A stretch of DNA of 21,581 bases from Octopus sinensis (taxonomy: Eukaryota), in contig NW_021823652.1 in assembly GCF_006345805.1 (NCBI RefSeq), positions 1 through 21,581 on the forward strand, written 5' to 3'. Below are positions 18,750-21,581 of the stretch, piece after piece. Below the pieces are notes generated by a model. It was given only the letters and a program-made list of their open reading frames with translations. It did no database searches and was not told where the DNA came from. The position numbers and the translations under genes are program-made. How positions within the stretch are numbered: the first letter of the stretch is position 1; each line of letters opens with the position of its first letter.

Positions 18750-19230
18750 TCTTGTACCTTGTTAACCAGATATCTGATGAAATCCTCCCACACACATCTT
18801 CACTTTTGGCATTTCCCAAAATCGTTGAATGCATAACCTTCAGCGTCGAACACTGGCGATACTGGATTTCTTCCGCCCTGGATTTTCAACAAGGAATCCG
18901 GGAAAATGTCAACGCCAGCATCAAATTTTAGAGGAATGTCACCTTGCAGATTTGAGTTCGTCCACGACAGAACACCCATCATTCTCTTAGCAGTGCCAAA
19001 ACAGATCACATAATCGATTTATCCGTATTAGCGACAAATAAAACGTATCTGGAGTAGACCCAACAATATAAACTGCTCTAAATGGCGCTTGAATTTAACT
19101 GTTGCTCCAAACCTTCACAATAACTAGCCGGGATCAATGCCCCAGAAACAGAATAACTCTTTCAACACGTTTTCTGAAGGCAGCATACTTAACAGATACA
19201 ACATCTGCTGTATTCTTTAATTGCCAATAT
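18750..19230 (-). mobile_element. Possible decayed L1/Tx1-like ORF2 C-terminus
   Basis: Fragments ICFGTAKRMM..W, K.RAEEIQY and F..FWEMP..MCV loosely resemble L1/Tx1 ORF2 ends; several frameshifts are needed. Confidence 0.3.
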
Positions 19231-19309
19231 ATATATATATATATTCTGTAATTACGGGGCGGGGCACAGATATGCAGTTAGCCTCTTCAGGACCCTCCGT
19301 ACGGAACTA

Positions 19310-19874
19310 TTGGGTACTCCGGAAAGTTCGTGCCGATTTTTAAAGGAGAGAAAAAGGTCAATAAATACTTGCCATTACATTTTTCATCAACCAAATATGA
19401 ACCATTTTGTTGCACAATGTGTCACTATATTTTCTTTAACTTGAAAATACCCTCTTCCCAGAATTGAGGTAGTTTCATGGCAAACAATTCATCAAGGTAT
19501 TTTTTTACGTCATCCAAGGAATTGAAATATTTACCATTAAAACTATTCTGCAGAGACCTGAATAAGTGGAAATCCAAGGAGCAATATCTGGTGAATATGG
19601 AGGGTGGGATAACACATCCCAGCCGAGCTGCAGCAATTTTTGTCTGGTTCCCAAAGCATCAAGTGCCGAAAATGAACTTTCTTATCTTCCATTTTGAAGG
19701 GTTACAGAACTAACACAGGTTATAGGAACATAAACCTTCTTCCACGAAAAGATAGCTTAAACTGTGCTCTAAATAGAGGTGTAGTCAAATCCTATTTTAT
19801 GGACTCAACCATGTTCTAAAATAAGTCGAAAGGTAAGCTACTATAAATCAGCACGAAATTTCCGGACAACCCAG
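19310..19874 (-). mobile_element. Non-autonomous mariner (DD34D-type), internal-deletion derivative
   Basis: 30-bp TIRs TTGGGTACTCCGGAAAGTTCGTGCCGATTT vs CTGGGTTGTCCGGAAATTTCGTGCTGATTT (5 mismatches), TA on both sides (19308-09, 19875-76). Minus translation MEDKKVHFRHLMLWE joined to TRQKLLQLGWDVLSHPPYSPDIAP.DFHLFRSLQN..QQNGSYL. Confidence 0.95.
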
Positions 19875-19963
19875 TACTAATTAAAGAAACGGCTCTCAAA
19901 CACAATGCAGCCTATGCCTGCTGATCAGCTACATCACCCACCGAATGGGTATCTTTGAAAGCT

Positions 19964-20237
19964 TACGTAATCTACCACATTCTGTTGTATTAAATTCTCC
20001 AAATACTGCGAATGTTAAATTTCCAGCACGATCCGACGCTTGCACAACCATATCGAGGCAGACCTCTACATACGTGGTTCATGGGGTGAAATATATAACC
20101 TGCGTAGATAAATACGGAACCACAAAACCAAGGATACTAATCGAACCATGGACTGCAATGTCAGGAACTTCGCAAGACAATACCAACCAAATATTAACAG
20201 CAAGCAGAAAATGAACAAAGCAGACGAGCTAATTTAA
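19964..20237 (+). mobile_element. Penelope-like GIY-YIG endonuclease relic
   Basis: YVIYHIL..C..ISSTIRRLHNHI...RQYQPNINSKQKMNKADELI* resembles PLE C-termini (VIY.I.C..C...YIGST.R.L..R; ..P.IN...E...L.). Frameshifts and stops present. Confidence 0.6.
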
Positions 20238-20529
20238 TCCCTTTTCTCATTTATCTATACACCATAAAATTTGACTTCTCTTTCTCGTTGCACATGCGTG
20301 GCTTCTGTCCTTGATGTTCACAGTAGAATCCTGACACATACCACACGCAATACATTTTACGATCTCACTTTCTTCACACTTTAACAACACGAGATCTTAA
20401 CACTTCATAGAGACATTAAGCTGTCACAACCCTTCATGCGTTTTCCTGTTTTCTTAACTCCTTGAAAAATGATATATTCCACCGGAAATACCAAAAAGTT
20501 AATTTAGTTTAAGCAAAAAATTTTATCTG

Positions 20530-20692
20530 TGTTTATATATATATATTTTATAGCCCCAACTGCATTGGGTAATAACCCCCTCTCTCTCTCTCTGTATATG
20601 TACACACACACAGACACATACAAATAGGATAGTTATATATCGCAGTTGGAACGCTTCCTCCTGATCTCTCTCTCTCTCTCTCTCTCTCTCAA
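20530..20692. repeat. (TA)n, (CT)n, (CA)n microsatellites
   Basis: Visible. Confidence 0.9.
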
Positions 20693-20865
20693 TCACTCAT
20701 TCACACCTTAACATACACAGTGTGATCTCTGGTCTGTTACAGGGTTCTGTTATACTCCCCGCTTTCTTTGCATTTTGCATCGTGTCTAGCTCTCATCACT
20801 TACAATACCGTCCATTCCTATACAGACGGTATCAACTTTGACATCTGCTAACCTTCCGCAAAATT

Positions 20866-21015
20866 CAGGCCAGTTAGCAGAGTCATTGAAGCATATGAAA
20901 GATTCATTTCCAGTAATCGTTCTGAATGTCTGGGTTCTGATTTCAAATCCCGCTACGGTCACCTTTGCCTTATATTTTTCAGAATCGGTAAGTAAACCAA
21001 TAGTTCTGTTATAGA
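20866..21015 (+). mobile_element. Highly diverged SINE group A
   Basis: GGCCAGTTAGCAGAGTC..GTTCTGATTTCAAATCCCGC..GGTCACCTTTGCCTT. Confidence 0.62.
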
Positions 21016-21029
21016 GTCCACTCCTTTTC

Positions 21030-21152
21030 CATGTTTGTTTGTTTGTTTGTTTGTTTCTTTGTTTGTTTCTTTCTTTCTTTCTTTCTTTCTGTCTTTCTTT
21101 CTTTCTTTCTTTCTTTTCCTTCCTTTCTTCCTTCGTTTCTATCTATCTATAT
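21030..21152. repeat. (GTTT)n-(CTTT)n-(CTAT)n compound microsatellite
   Basis: Visible. Confidence 0.93.
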
Positions 21153-21169
21153 CTTCCTCGGCGTAATCG

Positions 21170-21500
21170 GCTGAGGTCCTATATGGAATGAGATACAACC
21201 CGTCGGGTCCCCAAAATGCAAAAGCTACGCCGTATGACATGCCGGTGCTCCTACAAAACCTTCAAAACGTTGAGGGCCCGCGGCAGTGCAAGGTAACCTT
21301 GCATACACACAAGCACCATGTACGTGTAACATAGTGGACTACCTTTCCCCAAACCTTCACAGATCCTGCAGACAGAGACCGCTAAAATATTCTGCAATAG
21401 CCACACAATTAGCATGTCTCCATCGACAACGGAATGACACATTCATTGCATATATATAGGAAGCAAGTTCGCATCTCCAATCGCTCTTTTGTCATGGACA
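21170..21500 (+). mobile_element. Possible very old RTE-type APE endonuclease fragment
   Basis: KVTLHTHKHH / IVDY / RDR / M..S..E.DT.H...GSK loosely follow the KTTW.HPRSKHWH.IDY...RRDR...TR.M....C.TDH.LV.SK order, only with frameshifts. Confidence 0.3.
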
Positions 21501-21581
21501 ATACGCAATTAAAACCTTGAAAGTCGCTGCAGTTACCAGCGGTTTGTAATTATCGCCATAGCCATTATCATCACAATTATT

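Noticed and set aside
19945-20214. 89-aa ORF in non-microsatellite sequence
   Set aside because: It overlaps the GIY-YIG relic in a different frame; the motif-bearing frames are the broken ones.
20458-20495. Further hammerhead-like string CTTGAAAAATG..GGAAATACC after the GIY-YIG relic
   Set aside because: Too many core mismatches and no convincing stems.
20805-20833. 8-bp hairpin ATACCGTC/GACGGTAT as a Helitron 3' end
   Set aside because: No CTAG/CTRR-T terminus at the expected distance and no other Helitron evidence.

Overview
Repeat-saturated eukaryotic DNA, most likely intronic or intergenic sequence from an octopus or related coleoid. That assignment is an inference from the tRNA-derived SINE families and the extreme microsatellite density. 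I cannot support any intact protein-coding gene: almost all listed ORFs are translations of microsatellites or SINEs. Recognisable content: about 17 SINE copies or fragments in three groups (labelled A, B, C here by shared motifs); decayed non-LTR retrotransposons (CR1-group, RTE, probable L1/Tx1, Penelope-like); four defective DNA transposons (hAT MITE, maT/DD37D-like, Tc1, mariner); a 207-bp foldback element; a ~185-bp C-rich tandem repeat; and many simple repeats. Six nested insertions can be resolved at base level, four with TSDs of 8-16 bp. The most unusual observations: (i) a compound CTA/CTG microsatellite copied collinearly 2.2 kb away into a Tc1 transposase ORF; (ii) a near-consensus minimal hammerhead ribozyme fold in a Penelope-like terminus; (iii) a 4-unit repeat-spacer array inside a retroposed insert that landed on a transposase catalytic-Asp codon; (iv) the foldback element. 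I see no convincing evidence of a wholly new system; these are the leads to test.
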